A stretch of 63,760 nucleotides of DNA, the filler included, from Pelomyxa schiedti (taxonomy: Eukaryota > Protista > Evosea), in the NCBI GenBank assembly GCA_020536535.1. It is 8 parts of 8 records of this genome, joined end to end, with 100 filler letters (N's around TTAATTAATTAA, not from the genome) between each part and the next. Parts side by side here need not be neighbours in the genome. Positions count along the whole stretch, not along the records: positions 1 to 31,623 come from JAHLWZ010000660.1; 7 more parts are not named here. One strand, given 5' to 3'. Below, piece by piece: positions 1 through 13,504 of the stretch; the stretch's first letter is position 1, and every line of letters starts with the position of its first letter. Below the pieces are notes generated by a model. It was not told the DNA's origin. It did no database searches and worked only from the letters and a program-made list of their open reading frames with translations. The position numbers were made by a program, and so were the translations under genes.

Positions 1-142
1 TGGGTGTCCACCCATTTCATGTAAAATCTGACAAAAGATGTAACCAGTGCATAACTACCATGGTGTTCCTTGAAACATGCAGCAACAAATGCCTACATTT
101 GTGTTAAGAGACAATAAAAATGGAATAAAAAAACTAAAAAAA

Positions 143-1123
143 TAAAAAAAAAAACGGAAAACCCCTACCCTCCAAACGACGAGCATATTCCTCAGGTGTT
201 ATGAATCCTTCTTCCAACAACACCTTCACCTTTGACAAACCGTTGCGAACCGACATGCTATCCATTTCGTCACACTGCCGAAATCTTTTAACCGTTTCTC
301 GAGGTTGGTTGAATTTCCCACAATTCCGCGTAGACTGAAGTGGGTGTCACTGAAGAAGACCTCCGAAAGGAGAGATACTCAACGAGTGAGTCCTTTGTCA
401 GCCTTCTGCTTCATCAAGGGTTGGACGCACATGTAGCTCGAAAAGCCACCCAGTAGTTTCATCACTTAGCCAAAATGCCCCTGTGGCACATTTGACACCG
501 AGTAAACCACAAAGCCTCATTTTTTATCTCTTATCTGCTACAGTTGGGCTACTACTCCCACTTCACGCGAACGAGAACCAAAGTGACGAAGTGCATTTCG
601 TCGACAACGGAAACAAAATGAGCGCCAAGGGGCTTGCCCGTCTGTTGCTGGCATATTCTGACAAGGTCAAAATGGACGCCATCCTGTCCGTTTGGGCCGA
701 GTCCAACAACGACTATGAATTAGCAGATGCCCTGCTGCACTCCATGTTACCGTGCACATCAACGTCACAATTGCAACTGCAACCACAGCCACAGCCACAA
801 CCGCAGCAACAGACGCAGGCACATACCAACTCAAAGACGCCGGCGGCTCCCATAAGTCAAACGCCAGTGGCCAAAACGCCCTCCACTGTCTGTGCCGTAA
901 AAGAAGTGCCGCAGGAGCATCCGACGCAAGCACAACCACAACCACAATCACAGGCGCAGGGGCAGGCGCAAAAGGCAATTGTGGGACAGCCAGACACAAA
1001 ACTGACCACAAGCAGTCCCAATTCCCCGCAGCCTACTGCACTCCCACAATCGAATTCCAATCCACAAACTTCATATTCAACAACTGCGGTACTTGGTACA
1101 CCACCCAACAACAACAACACTAA
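143..1123 (+). repeat. Near-identical second copy (allele or paralog) of 27362-28354, including the 5' part of the RNase III-domain gene (ATG 618) and the first exon of the SHOCT gene
   Basis: Direct match to 27362-28354 with scattered SNPs and different QP-repeat lengths; truncated by an N gap. Confidence 0.9.
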
Positions 1124-1661
1124 ANNNNNNNNNNNNNNNNNNNNNNNNNNNNNNNNNNNNNNNNNNNNNNNNNNNNNNNNNNNNNNNNNNNNNNNNNNNN
1201 NNNNNNNNNNNNNNNNNNNNNNNNTTGCACCCCGTGGCCGATGGTCTTGTAGAAAACGCCTTTTTTTTCCGTCTCAGTTCCTCGTCTCTGGACTGAGAAA
1301 ACTAATAAACCCGATAAAAAGTGTGCACACTTGGGCAGTCCCAATTGTGGGTGCGTCGCGTGTCGTGTGCGCTGTGACTTACATCGAACTCGTCGGCCAT
1401 GTGCTGTTATGGTAATTGCGATAAGAATGTGAAACCACACAGACAAATGATTTTGTTTTTAAATGACTGATCTTACGATAATGGGCCTTCTTGTGTCCAG
1501 CACTGGGCGGTAGGTTGCACTTTGAAAAAACAAAGAGATGCTCAAACAAAGCGATTACAAAGGCCTTGGATGATTCTTGGGTGTTATGCCATAACTTCTG
1601 TGTTAGGATTTCAGATTCCCACAGACACATTCTTTCTGTCTTCCTTTTATTGCTCCATTGG

Positions 1662-3230
1662 TCAGGGCTCATCCACATTGAAGGATTGAGAAAGAAAGAA
1701 GGGTGAGCTGCACCAGGAGTCGTTGTCACCGTCAAGTAACTCAGAGTCCGAGGATTTCTTTTCTGGCTCCCTATCAACCTGGATGGGAGGGTTCTCATCT
1801 TGCTGTGCCTCATCAAGGGTCTGTAGCATCGGTTCCTCTTCTGAATCGTGGCCATGACATAGTGGTGGTGTCCGCGGTGGGCTTGACTGCCACGGCTGCG
1901 TTGGTGGAACGTCATTGTCAGTGCAACAAGTTTCCGCTGTGCGACAGTGAGGAGTGTTCAACAGTTGTTGTTCATCCTCGGTTGTGGGCAGTTCACACGT
2001 ATGACTTGAGGTATAGCATTGGGCACCACCGTGAACAGAAGTGCAGATTGGGTGACAATGTTGCGCCGGATTTGGTGGATTTTGGAGCTGTCTGGTGTTA
2101 TGTGGCGATATTAGCTTTACAGAAGATGATGATATTTGCTGGTGGGCGTGCGGACATGCAGTGTGCTCCGTGATGGGTTCTTTCGGGTGGTGTGATCTAT
2201 AAGTATGGAAGTGAGGATAGGAAGTTAACAAGATGGTGGATATAATGCTACCTGGAGCTCGCACTGTGCGGTGCGCTCTGTGGGTGTTGTTCATTGACTG
2301 GGTTATTTTTCCTGAGTTTTTCTATAAAGCCACTTGTATTGGCAGGATTGGCTTCCGGTTTCCTGGGACAAGTTATTACTTTGAGTGATACGACTTAGAA
2401 GTCAAAGCAACTTACTTCGGAGAAATCTCATATGAATTTCTTGGGTGTTGAGGAAGCCTGGGGATTGGTTTTAAACCTGAGGATTGAATTAAAAGGCAGG
2501 TCGTTAATTGGGAATGGTTACCTATCGATTTTGGATTAGAGATGCTGGCAGTCCCTTTCCCGGTGTTTTTCTGTGGAGACACGACTGTCTGCGCATGACG
2601 TGATGGCACAAGGTGCAACGCTGGCCGACGAGTGGGGGAGGTAATCGAATGTGAAGAAGACCGGACGAGCTTCAGTGGAGAAATCGCCGTCTTACTAGGT
2701 GAAGTAATTGCTTGGCGGTGGTTCTGTGCATCCAACTTGGAGTGATGTGAGTTGTGAGTGTCTTTCTGTTTCTGTTGTCTGTTTCTTTCCAAAAGTTCAT
2801 TGTATTGCATGTACAGTTGGTTGTGTCTTTCAAAATGTGACATATAGCTTTGTTCCCATTGTGATGATTCCCTCCAAACCTGCCGATGCTGATTTTGATG
2901 AGAGCCTCTGCCGCCATGCTTTTGAGGCTCTCCGAGCGGATTATGAGGTTCAGAATCCTCGATGAGGTCTTCTTCCTGTGACGAGTCTATAATAACAGTG
3001 TTGGTGGTCTCATCGTAATGAAAGCCACAAGAAGTCCGGCTCTTCTTGGGTGACTTGGCTACGCCAGATCCAGATCTGCAGCCACCGCCGCTATCGGCAG
3101 GAGAAACGCCGGCAGAAGACACGTTAGAAACGCTGGTTACGGAGCAACACTCCACGCGGTTATGTATATTAACAACAATGACACTGTCGCGTGAAACGCC
3201 GCCACTATGCGTGCCAGCAGATCTGCTCAT
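1662..3230 (-). CDS. Hypothetical low-complexity (S/H/P/Q-rich) protein, probably spliced
   Basis: Consecutive minus-strand ORFs 2412-3230 and 1662-2294; no recognisable domain. Confidence 0.5.
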
Positions 3231-3310
3231 TGTTTATTATTTTCTTTTGTTTTTTTTTTTTTTTCGTTCGCAACGACGAAAAGCGAAATATTTTTTATTC
3301 CGACAATCTA

Positions 3311-4788
3311 ATGGCTTCATTTATCTACGACACCAGCGGTTGGCCGTCTTAAGTTCGAACCTTTTTTTTTTGTTTGTTTGTTCCCACTATTGTGTTTCTT
3401 TGCCTTAATTGGGGGGTTGCTATATAGACTTTGCCAGGGTCGAGAATTGGTACCCAGTCGTGAGGCCGTATACGTTCGAAACAAGTTGGTTCGATGTCGA
3501 CACTGAGCATGCCTCGGCTTTGTTGAAGTACATGGAGTTGGTAAACTTCACCCTCAAGACTGAGGATTTGTCGAGCACGTCTAGTTCTCTTGGAGGCAGA
3601 CTATCTTGGACTTCTGAACGATTCGACGTTGTATGCAGTACTGTTCTAATTTCTGTTCTAATTGCTGTGTTTTGGTTTTGACTCGTTTTTTTTTTTAAAA
3701 AAAGATCAAACCCTATGAGCGCTAACACCATTTTTGGTTATTGTACTTAGGCAGAGAAGTACGTTCAGGAACATATGCCAAATGACCAGAAGCACCTGTT
3801 GCTTGAACTCAGAGAAAGATTGGATGAGTGCATAAAGCGTTATCCCAGTGGTGCCTTTGTCAAACTCTCCAGTAGGTCTCCCAAAGACAGCCCTCTTTTC
3901 TGTGATCATACAATTGCAATAATGAAGGAGATGTTTACAGCGTTTCCTTCAGGTCAAAATTCAAACTCCCTTGCTTAGTTATAATGTAATCTCAACAAGC
4001 CAGTGAAGTGCCCTTGAATGTAGCTCTTAATGATGAAGCTATTGTTTTTGCAAGAGCATCTGTAAAAGCACTCCGCGTTTGCAATGGCGAAGAGGCAATG
4101 AAACTTATCACAAGAAGTACTCGCGTTTACTCGGATTTAACTCTTGCTCGTGTCAAGGCCGATGCTGGCACTCTAGCAATGAAAATGGTTGTCCGGGAAT
4201 TCTGTGATTCTATTCTGCCTGAATGGGAGTTCCGGGTTTGGGTTGCCAATGGTAGTTTTCTCAATACACCAATTCAATTTTATGGACTTTAGGAAAGTTG
4301 ACTGGTGCTACTCAGTACCACTCGGATCTCTATGTACGAGCGATACATCAAAACCAGGTTGCAATTCAAGACCTGATTAAAACGTTTTTTGAGACCGTAC
4401 ACCCTACCATACCATGCTCAAGTTATACAATGGATTTAGCACTGAGCCCAGATATGGCACTTAGCGGAATTCGAATTGTGGAGGTACACCTCCTTGAATC
4501 CGTTTAGTGCCAACCCTACACCAACAGATTAATCCACCACCCCCGATAGCCGGAGGATGTTTATACAACTGGGACAATCCAAGTGACACCCGCGCTGCAA
4601 AAGAAGGGCCATACCAGCTGCGGGTAGTAACGGAATTCTCTTCCAACCCTCTGAGAACCATGACACCCCCTTTGAAAGCAGCCATATGCACCCTCCGTGG
4701 CCGGATTCCACCGGAAGCCCACACAACACCCACCGCGGATACAACTGGATGGATTCCATGGCTATATTCCTACTGCAATGTCATGTGA
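3311..4788 (+). CDS. CDC123-like (R2K clade) ATP-grasp protein, 6 exons
   Basis: Spliced translation MASFIYDTSDFARVENWYP...AFVKLSSRSPKDS...EWEFRVWVANGKLTGATQY...YTMDLAL...IVEINP; all introns GT-AG and in frame (e.g. 3339-3427). Confidence 0.8.
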
Positions 4789-5095
4789 CCCGCACTGTAG
4801 TCAAAAGGCCCACCACTAGAGTTTTCCCCCCTGTAGATATTACGTCACGTGTCCGTTTGCGAAAGGCAAATTCCGTTGATGGGACCTTTCCAGATACGGG
4901 AAGTGAGGATGACAGATTTTCTGTTGTTTCCTATCCGAGAAAATTACAGATTCTCTAAGTCCCCTTTGGCACGGGGTCCGCGAAGGGCAATAAGTTGTCC
5001 ATTGATTTTTGTTTTCCTTCTTCCTGTTCCGTTTTCACAGCCCAAAACAACAGTTCCAGCGAAAAACACATAAAAAAAAAATCATCGAAAGGGGG

Positions 5096-6412
5096 ATGAA
5101 GCGCAGTCGTGTTAACAACAAAACCTCGGCTGCTGTCGTGGATCGTAGATCTGTGGAAACACCCATGTTACTTCCGCCGTTGTATGGCCTCGGTATTCCG
5201 CAGATCCCGGCGAGTCAAGCTGTTGTGCTCAATTTGACCAGCACCAAGATATTTCGTTTCAAAACGGAAGAGGTTAGCCTATTGCTTTCATCCCAAGAAA
5301 CCAAAAAAAAAAAAACCCAACAAAAAAACAGTTGTGGATAGAAATGCCTCGGAGTTGGCGGCTAACAAATAGACTCGAGGAGCACCAAATATTTCAGGCT
5401 GGAGTCAACGCTACGTGTTGCAGGCCTGGCACCACCGAGGGTTTGCCTTTTACTATTTGTATCGTGCCAATAGTGACTTGTTGCCTACAGAGGTGATGTG
5501 CCAAAAATGTAAATCGAAGGTGTTGAAATTTTCTACTACATCCGTTCGCCCTTATTTTCAAGCAGCCAATGAGCTTGAAAAATACACCATAAGCCTGAAG
5601 TCCATCTGCACATCTTCCAGGTACTCTCCCCGGTTTTTTTTTTTTTTTTTCGCTGATATTCCCAGGGATCATCTACATACGGCATTGGTTGTTTCGATTG
5701 TCATTCTAGGGTGCACTTTGCAAAGCAAACCGTTTAATATTCTCTCTCGGTGCTATAAAAAAGGTAGCAATGACATCTTCTCTCCCTCTTTAGTTACATC
5801 CCACAGGCTCATCTTCTGGCGCGCATAATTCTACCACAACTATTCATTCTTCCTCTATTATCGAAAAACCTCGGAAAGTACAACGTGAGCCACCTCTTCA
5901 CTCACAGATTCATTTCCTAACTTTTTTTTGTTAAAAAAACAGCGAAATTGGAGAAGCCAGCAAGCAACGAATCTAATACACTCATCCGCATGACAAATCC
6001 ACCACCAATCAGCGTTGTTGTAAGAATAGTACAATCGCAGCTGCCGGAAGACCACACCACGTGTTTCATGGAAGCTGTGCACAATGAACTGAGCACTGAA
6101 TACCCCGGATATCGCGGGTTCCTCTCTGTTGTCTTTAAATGTGTACCTCGATGGCCTGGGACTCTATCCGCTCCTATCTCAACATCACCTCTAATCAAAT
6201 CCAGTGGCAGCCCTCCCACAGACACAGAGTCACCTCCAAAAGCAGCTACCGCAACATGGACCATAGTAGCAAGCTTCCTCACTGTACAAGACGCAGTTGC
6301 TGCTCTTCCTTTCTACAACGACTTTGTTACCAACAAAAGGGCAAACCCTCTTGGCATCAACCTTGAAGCCGAAGGGATATTACAAGCACTCCAGGTCATC
6401 ACCAATTTCTAA
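5096..6412 (+). CDS. CudA-like transcription factor (amoebozoan STAT-like DNA-binding domain), spliced
   Basis: Spliced core VMCQKCKSKVL...SICTSSRDHLHTALVVSIVI...SKPFNILS matches the CudA-family CxxC...C(T/S)SSRDHL motif. Confidence 0.65.
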
Positions 6413-6859
6413 TGGCACATTACCCAAGCCTCTCCTCTTGCAACCAACAGCAACTGGCTCCTCTCTGCGGAAAATGTTTGATAATTATTCCCCCACACAA
6501 CCCAGCACCAGTTACCAATCCCGCCACAACCACCCTCATTTCGTCGATTAATCAAATACTATCCTGTGTATTAATAAGCAACCAACAAGCCACCCCAACT
6601 CGCTTGCTTGGTTTTTTTTTTCTCCCGCTTGATTTTCTATTTGTCTTTTTTGCTATCCCAGGCAATACAAGAAAGAGATTTTGGTTTGTGGTTCGGCCAT
6701 TTCATTATTTTTTCTTTATTTTATCTCTGTTTCGTAAGAAGCAGCACACACAGCGGAGTAGACACCAACAACGACATACAGGTACCGAAAGCGACAACGG
6801 TGTTTCCGGGTGGTGCGTAATCGATCTTTTGCAGCCTAGCAGCAGCGGCGAGAAAAAAA

Positions 6860-9800
6860 ATGTCATCGGTTTTGATCCACAGCGGTCACATTGACACCAG
6901 CAGCAACAGCAACAACAACGGCAGCAACGGCGGCGGCAGCGTAATCCACGCGGCAAATGGATCTAGTGTATTTGCTTTTGTGCATGCTCGGTCGAGTTTC
7001 AACGCTTCTAGTACTACAACTACTGCGTCGGCGTCCTCGTCCTCCACCACCACACTGGGCAGTGATGGGAGGAAGAATTCAGAAAAACAAACTGTTTCAC
7101 TTGATAACGGGTCTTCCCCCAATCGGCCGTGTCATAGTGTTCATATATATTTAAGCAATAACTTACTAGTTTACCTATGAATAAATAATATTTTCCCGCT
7201 CACCTTTTCCAGAGACAATTTTGCTATGAAGCAGTCAATTGAAGAAATTGTCCAGGTCAGTGCATAATACTTTGTTTACAAAGTTTGGTGGGGTTTTTGG
7301 TTACAAACACAAATGAATGCCTAGGAAATAATGCAGTACCCCATTCCCGAGCAACCAGTCTCGCCATACCACCCAAGTACCGAAGTTGGCACTTCAAGTA
7401 GTAAGAATAATAACAGCAAAATTCCGCAAAAAATACCTCCAAAATCCACTTCTCAGACAAAGCAACTATCAAGATCTCCATCAGCAATACCGTTATCACC
7501 TCCGTCGCAGACAGTGTTACCTCCACAAGGAGTCCTTTCAACATCACCTGTGATAGCACAGTCAGCATCACAAACAATATCCCAGGACTCAAAAACTCCC
7601 TCAAAAATACCCAAATCAGCTTCCTTACCTCAACTGAATGTCAGTCCACCAACAAGTAACTCAAGCACAACACCTGAAGTGTCCAAAGCAGCAGTGAGAA
7701 CTCAGAAGGTTAATTGTTCTAGTAAAATGGCATCATGTAACGACCACAGATAACCGAAAACCAAGACGGTACATCGGACCAGATTTCTGAAAATCCAGAG
7801 CGCAAAACCCACCCTCATAGTCAGTTAGTGAGCAACTCTTCTTTAGCAAACGGCACTTCAGCAACCGTACATCCTACCTCAGCAATTGATGTAAATCCCA
7901 CTTCATCAGATACTGGCAATAATACGGCTGATTCATCACAAGCAACTCCTAAGCTTCTTTTGAACAATGGGAGAGTTGTTCTGAAGTGGACAGCTCTGGG
8001 GTCTGCTCCCCAAACTCATACACACCCTAGTGTAACTCCGCTGAGACCATCATCCCCCAATGGGGACTCTGAAGCGAAAAAACCAATAGTAGTACGAGTT
8101 AAGCACCAACCAAGGCAGTCCAAGAAACATGTTGAATATGGGGGTGTAGGCTTTAGTTTCATTGACCAAGATAGCATGCTTATTGCTTGTGGAGAAACGA
8201 CCATCAAGGCAACCAACGGAGTTGTAGTCGAAGGAAACCAGTCACCGTCTGGCTCCCCGCCTCATCCATCACCCTTGCTAAACCCTCAGAACCCTCCAAC
8301 GGCAGAACAATCTGCCAAAATTGCAAAGACTACATTACTAGAAGAAGTGCAAGCACCAAGTCAACCTCCCACAGTAGAAGTTGTAAAAGTGACAGTTACA
8401 ACTTCCCCCCCACCCACAGTTCAGAATTCGAAAGCAAGCCAAGCCCCTTACGAGAAGTCCAATCAAATGCTTGTTGATGAGAAACAAGCCTCGTCAATTC
8501 CAGTGTCCCCTAAACACAGCTCCTCCCCAAAATCCAGTGACCAAAACAAAAAACCTACCTCCAAGAGTGCTCCATGTTCACCAGCCATAAACAACTGCGA
8601 AGATACCAAATTGAATGATATTCATGCAAACCCTCCAACTGATCCTCAAAAGAGTGCTTCCGCACTTGCGCCATCAACTCCTGGGCCCAAAGTTATAAAA
8701 TCTGAAGAAGTTGGAGCTGTTCAACCTCAGACTAAACTTAGGCGGAAGGATGGGGATCCATGTGTACACGCCACTCCAGTGATACCTAAAGCCAATAAAG
8801 CAAAATCTCGCAGCAGAAGCAAATCGAAGAGTAAATCTCCTGCAAAAACGCAAAGCCGTAGTCGTACCCGGAGCAGAAACAGGAGTAGAACTCGAAGCAG
8901 AACCAGAAGCCCAACTCAAAGCAGGAGTAGAAGTAAAGGGCGGAGCAGTAGCAGCAAGACAAGCAAACGCAATCCTAAGCAGCATGGATCCCAGCTACGT
9001 AGGACTTACCCTTCAAATGCTGTTAATTCAGGCTCCAGCCATAATAGTGATCACAAGGGTTCCAGTCACAGAGCACACCACCATACGCACGCGCATCACC
9101 ATCACAATTCCGCTACTCCCAGTCGAAATTCGACAAGTTGTCCTAACAATTCAGCTGGCAGTCATGCACTCAACAATCCCCGAAATAACCATAGCAGCAG
9201 TAGCAGAAGTAGAAGCCAAAGTCGGAGTCACAGCAGGAGTAGAAGTAAAAGCAGAAGCAGAAGCAGAAGCAAAAGCAGGAGCAGGAGCAGAAGTCAAAGC
9301 AAAAGCAAGAGTAGGAGTCGAACACAAAGCAGAAGTAAAAGCAGGAGTAGAAGCAGAAGTACAAGTAAGAGCAAAAGCCGAAGTAGAAGTAGGACTCGTC
9401 ATAAAAGCACAAGCCCTCCACATCCTAATAAGCACACGCACCCTGGCCACTCTGCCACCATTACAGTCAACACCAGTACGGCTAAGAACAACCAGCCAAC
9501 TAAGACCGATGCGGTCTCACACATTTCAGTAACGCCTCCCCCAATACCCGTGAGCTCCTCACCTTCACATAAGCCACAATCTTCAACAATCAGTCATTCT
9601 ACATCTTTAGGCAATATCAAGGCTCTCACATCCGAGAAGATCAGCACTGAGAAGGTTGTGAATAAACCTTCTTCATCACAGGCACACTCCACAACCCAAC
9701 CTCAAAAAACTGTTCAATCCACTCCCTCACCTTTGCACGCAAGCCAGCACCACACTGTATCACACCACTCCAGTACCACACATCACTCTTCGGATCATAC

Positions 9801-10865
9801 CGAAAAGGCTGACTCGGGGTATCTTGAGCTAATAGAAAATCGTATTTTAAGAAATGCACAGGGCGCTTACAGCAGAAGCTGTTAAACTAAAGCATATTGC
9901 TGACCGTTCCCTACAAACTGAGGTATCTACTCTGAGTAAAAAAGGGTATTATTTTCTATGAAACTAACTGCAATTTAAGCCCCGTGATGCACTCGACTTC
10001 TATTTATATGCTTGTCTTAAATATCTCGCCGCTTTGAAGGTGACAGTTTTTGTCTATTCGTATTTCTCCCGTGTAAAACAAAATACAATAACGTAGGCAG
10101 AACCACCAACTGGTGATGCTGAACAACTGGGGACATTTATGGAAAGGATTGCTAATATTGCCCTGTCTAAGAACGAGCCTCAGAGAGCCTCCTTGTTGTG
10201 CGCCAGGATTACATTGTGTTTTCTGTTGCCTAATTTTTATAAGTTTCAAGTGTGCATCAATGGTTTACGCCTGTAGATTCAGAGCTCACAAAGACAAGCT
10301 ACGCAAATGTAACAAGGAATGTCTCAGCAATTTTAAGCAAGGGCTCCACATTCCACATCAACACAGTAACACATCACAATTGCCCTTACCAGTCAACCTC
10401 AGCCAACACCAGAACAAAACCCCTCCACAAAGTACTCACAATGTAGCATCTTCACCCCCGCCGCATTCAACTCCTCCTTCTTCTCCTCCGCAGCAGGTCC
10501 CAACATCAGGAACAACCTCGGCCCCCCCAGCCGCCTCCTCAACGCCGCCTCCGCTTTGGTGCAACACCCCCTCCATAGCAAGCAAATCAGGCCAGTGCCA
10601 CTGCGATGTAGAGGATTTATTCCGGAGTGAGGAGCTGTGGATGCTGTCACTTATCCACCAGGGTTCCCTCCCGATGTTCTCCCGGGCCGCTGTATGCATG
10701 GCCCCACCCGGCTTTTCTGAGCCGGCACAACTCCAGCACCACACCACCATTGCACCACCAATTTCCTTGGCAGTGTCAGGCCTGTTTTCATTCAATGATG
10801 ACATGACAGCCCTGGATACTTATGTGCACACATGTGTGGAGCAGCTAAAGAGCGCTTCAATGTAG
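6860..10865 (+). CDS. Large RS/S/P-rich protein with C-terminal AF4/FMR2 CHD-like helical domain
   Basis: Long exon with RSRS/SKSK repeats, then spliced EAVKLKHIADRSLQTEPRDALDFYLYACLKYL...FKCASMVYACRF...RSEELW...DMTALDTYVHTCVEQLK. Confidence 0.6.
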
Positions 10866-11008
10866 TTTTAAGCATACATCCCATCCACCATCACACCCAC
10901 AATACACCACCACTGCCTGTATCTTTTACACCTTGTTTCGCTGTGAAAAAAAAAACAACACAAACTGGATTTTGTATAAAGCCAAATGTGGTGCATGATT
11001 TAATTACT

Positions 11009-13239
11009 CTACACTTTTACATGCCTGTACAAAATAGCAGAGGGAGTGAGTGGTGATGTTGGGCGTGGGTAGTGTACTGTGACATAAGGGAACCTGGGGA
11101 ATTTGAGAGGAGGGACCCGTGGCCTGCGTCTTTTAGGTCGTCCCTCTGGTGATGGGCTCTGTGATGCTGTTAATGTTGTGGTTAATGTGGCTGTGGCTGT
11201 GGCGTCTGCTTCGCAAGAGGCTTGGTGTTTCTCTAGTGCTTGGGTTGTGATTGGTGCGGTTCTCTTTGGCGGTGGACGTGATGCTTGTTTGAGATGTGGT
11301 TTGTTTTGTGGGAGGTTGGCTTTTGGTTCTGCCGGTGGTGGCCGCCTTGCTGGCACTTGATTGTTTTTATTGCTTGTGGTGGTGTGTGTAGTGCCTGTAT
11401 TGGACTTTACCGGTTGTGTTGCTTTTGCTGGTAATGAGTGTCCTGGAGGAACTTTGGCGGGTACGGAAGAGTTGGGTTTCGGAACATCATTTCTGCTTCT
11501 TGGAGGTTTTTGGTCTGCAGTAACTGTGGCAGGGTGTGAAGCGGCTGTGGGGTGGTGGTCACGTGCTGGAATACTACTGTGAGTAGTTTTATTAGGAAGG
11601 GGTTTCTGTGCTGGTTTTGGGTATTGCCCCAATTGACTGTGACTTTGTACAGGCTTCTGCGACTGAATTGCTGATGTTGAGTGTGTGTTTGTGGGGAAAT
11701 TTTGCCGTCTTATCTGCGTTTGGGCGGGAAGGGGCCCTGCTGTTCGCACTGGTGGAATCACTGCTCTGTGTGGGGGTTGTGCTTGAATGTGTTGGTCCAC
11801 ATGCGAAGCGGGTGGTACTTTCTTGACCTGGGATTCAGTAATGGGTTTGGTGGACACAGCAGTTTGATTTGTATGGGAACCATTGTGGGTAGAGGAAATA
11901 GCGGAAGGCTTATTTCCTGGAGGTAATTTGGTAGATACACTATGATGAGTAGACGGTACAGTTTTAAGGGGGGTTGCAGTTTGCTTCATGGTTGTGGGTG
12001 GCGGCTTTGTAGCAGAGGCACTTGGCTTAATCTGTGGCCTTGATGATGTTGCTAACACAGATTTACTAGAAGGTTTGAGATTGCTAGTTGTGGAAATGCT
12101 TTTTGTGGTACTTGTGGTGGTCGAGGTACTTGCCTTAGTGGCAAGTGCATCCTCTTTGTTGTAAGCTCCTCTTGTATTTTCATGTGTAGGGTTTAGGTGT
12201 TCTTTATGTTGAGTAGAAGCTGCAGCTGATTTAATGAAAGATGGTGATGTGGGGCGTACACTTGCAGGAGCACCAACGTTAGGAACAGTGAGTCCAGGAT
12301 TCGCCGTCCCAGCTGCCTGCCGGCTAGAGGGAATAACTGACGGGTGCGAATAGGTTCTATTATGTGCCAAGTGAACAGAAGTTGTATTTGTCTTGGTACG
12401 TGTGCTGGTAGGTGTTGGAGAAGGTTCACCCAGACGACTGGGTGAAAGAGATTTTGTTGAAATAACGGAAACTGAGAGGTGCTCTGAGGAGGTTTCTTTT
12501 TCTGTCTGATTGCTAACTTTTGAAGGGACATGCTTGATTGGCGCTGACAAAGTATGGTGGTGTGTGTGGGAGGCTACCCTACTTTGATTCTGTGTTGACC
12601 CTGACCCTTTGGCATTCGATGACGAGTCGTGGGCCACATAACTGTTGGTAGTAGTAGTAGTTGCGGAAATTGCAGAACTAGTTACAGTCTCAGTTTTCAC
12701 ATTCTCTATTGCCCCACAATCCAGTTCAGTGGCTTTTGGGTTGCCTTGCACCGCTGCCCGCTGGTTCTGGTTCTGGTGATGAATGTGCTGATGCTGGCGC
12801 TGGTTATGCTGGTGGTGATGTGTCTTTGGCAAAGGAGCTGTCACAGATGGATCACCGCTGACCTTAACCTTTGCATCCCCCGCAGTTGCACAAATTGCCA
12901 CGTCACCCACATCTGCGCCAGCACAATCCCCATCTCCTCCCGTGGTATGTTTCTCGTGGTGAGAAACAGACGTCGTACTATGCTCGACTGCGGTCGTGGT
13001 AGTCGTACACGTGGTAGTCGTAGTCGCCTCGTGCATTACGATCACGGCCCTAGGTTGTTGCGCTGTTACGCTGTTGTCGGCTGAGATCTGCTCTTGCTGC
13101 TGTGGTTGTTGTTGTACGACACCGTTGTGGCCCCCCGGATCTACGACTACGCCACCTCCTTCCTAGTCATTTTCTTTAAATGAAACGAACTAATAGGAGA
13201 AGCGAAGAAAAAAAAAACCTCGGGGTTCGGCACCTCCAT
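11009..13239 (-). CDS. Hypothetical T/S/P/H-rich disordered protein (~720 aa)
   Basis: The 678-aa ORF stays open upstream to an AG acceptor near 13160; likely 2-codon first exon (ATG GAG|GT) at 13239. Confidence 0.6.
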
Positions 13240-13504
13240 TCGTTTTTTCGTTTTATTTGTATCGTTTCTCTTATTTTTATTCTTCTTATTGCTTGCTCCC
13301 TTTTTTTAAATTTTATTTTTCGTACCAGCGTGAGAATCTGTTTTTTTTTTGGGGTCGTTCTCACGCGTTGGGCAACGGGTTTGTGCCAATCTCATCATTT
13401 TTGGGCTGCAAGAGTCTCGGGCTCGAGAGGTAAAAAGGGAGTTGATGATGGGAAGCTGCGGAATTGTGTTTCAATGGGAGAGGGGAGGCTGTACTGCGTG
13501 GTGT

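Noticed and set aside
8984-9532. Alternative-frame ORFs (AEAEAK..., CFCFCF...)
   Set aside because: Shadow frames of the RS-repeat exon.
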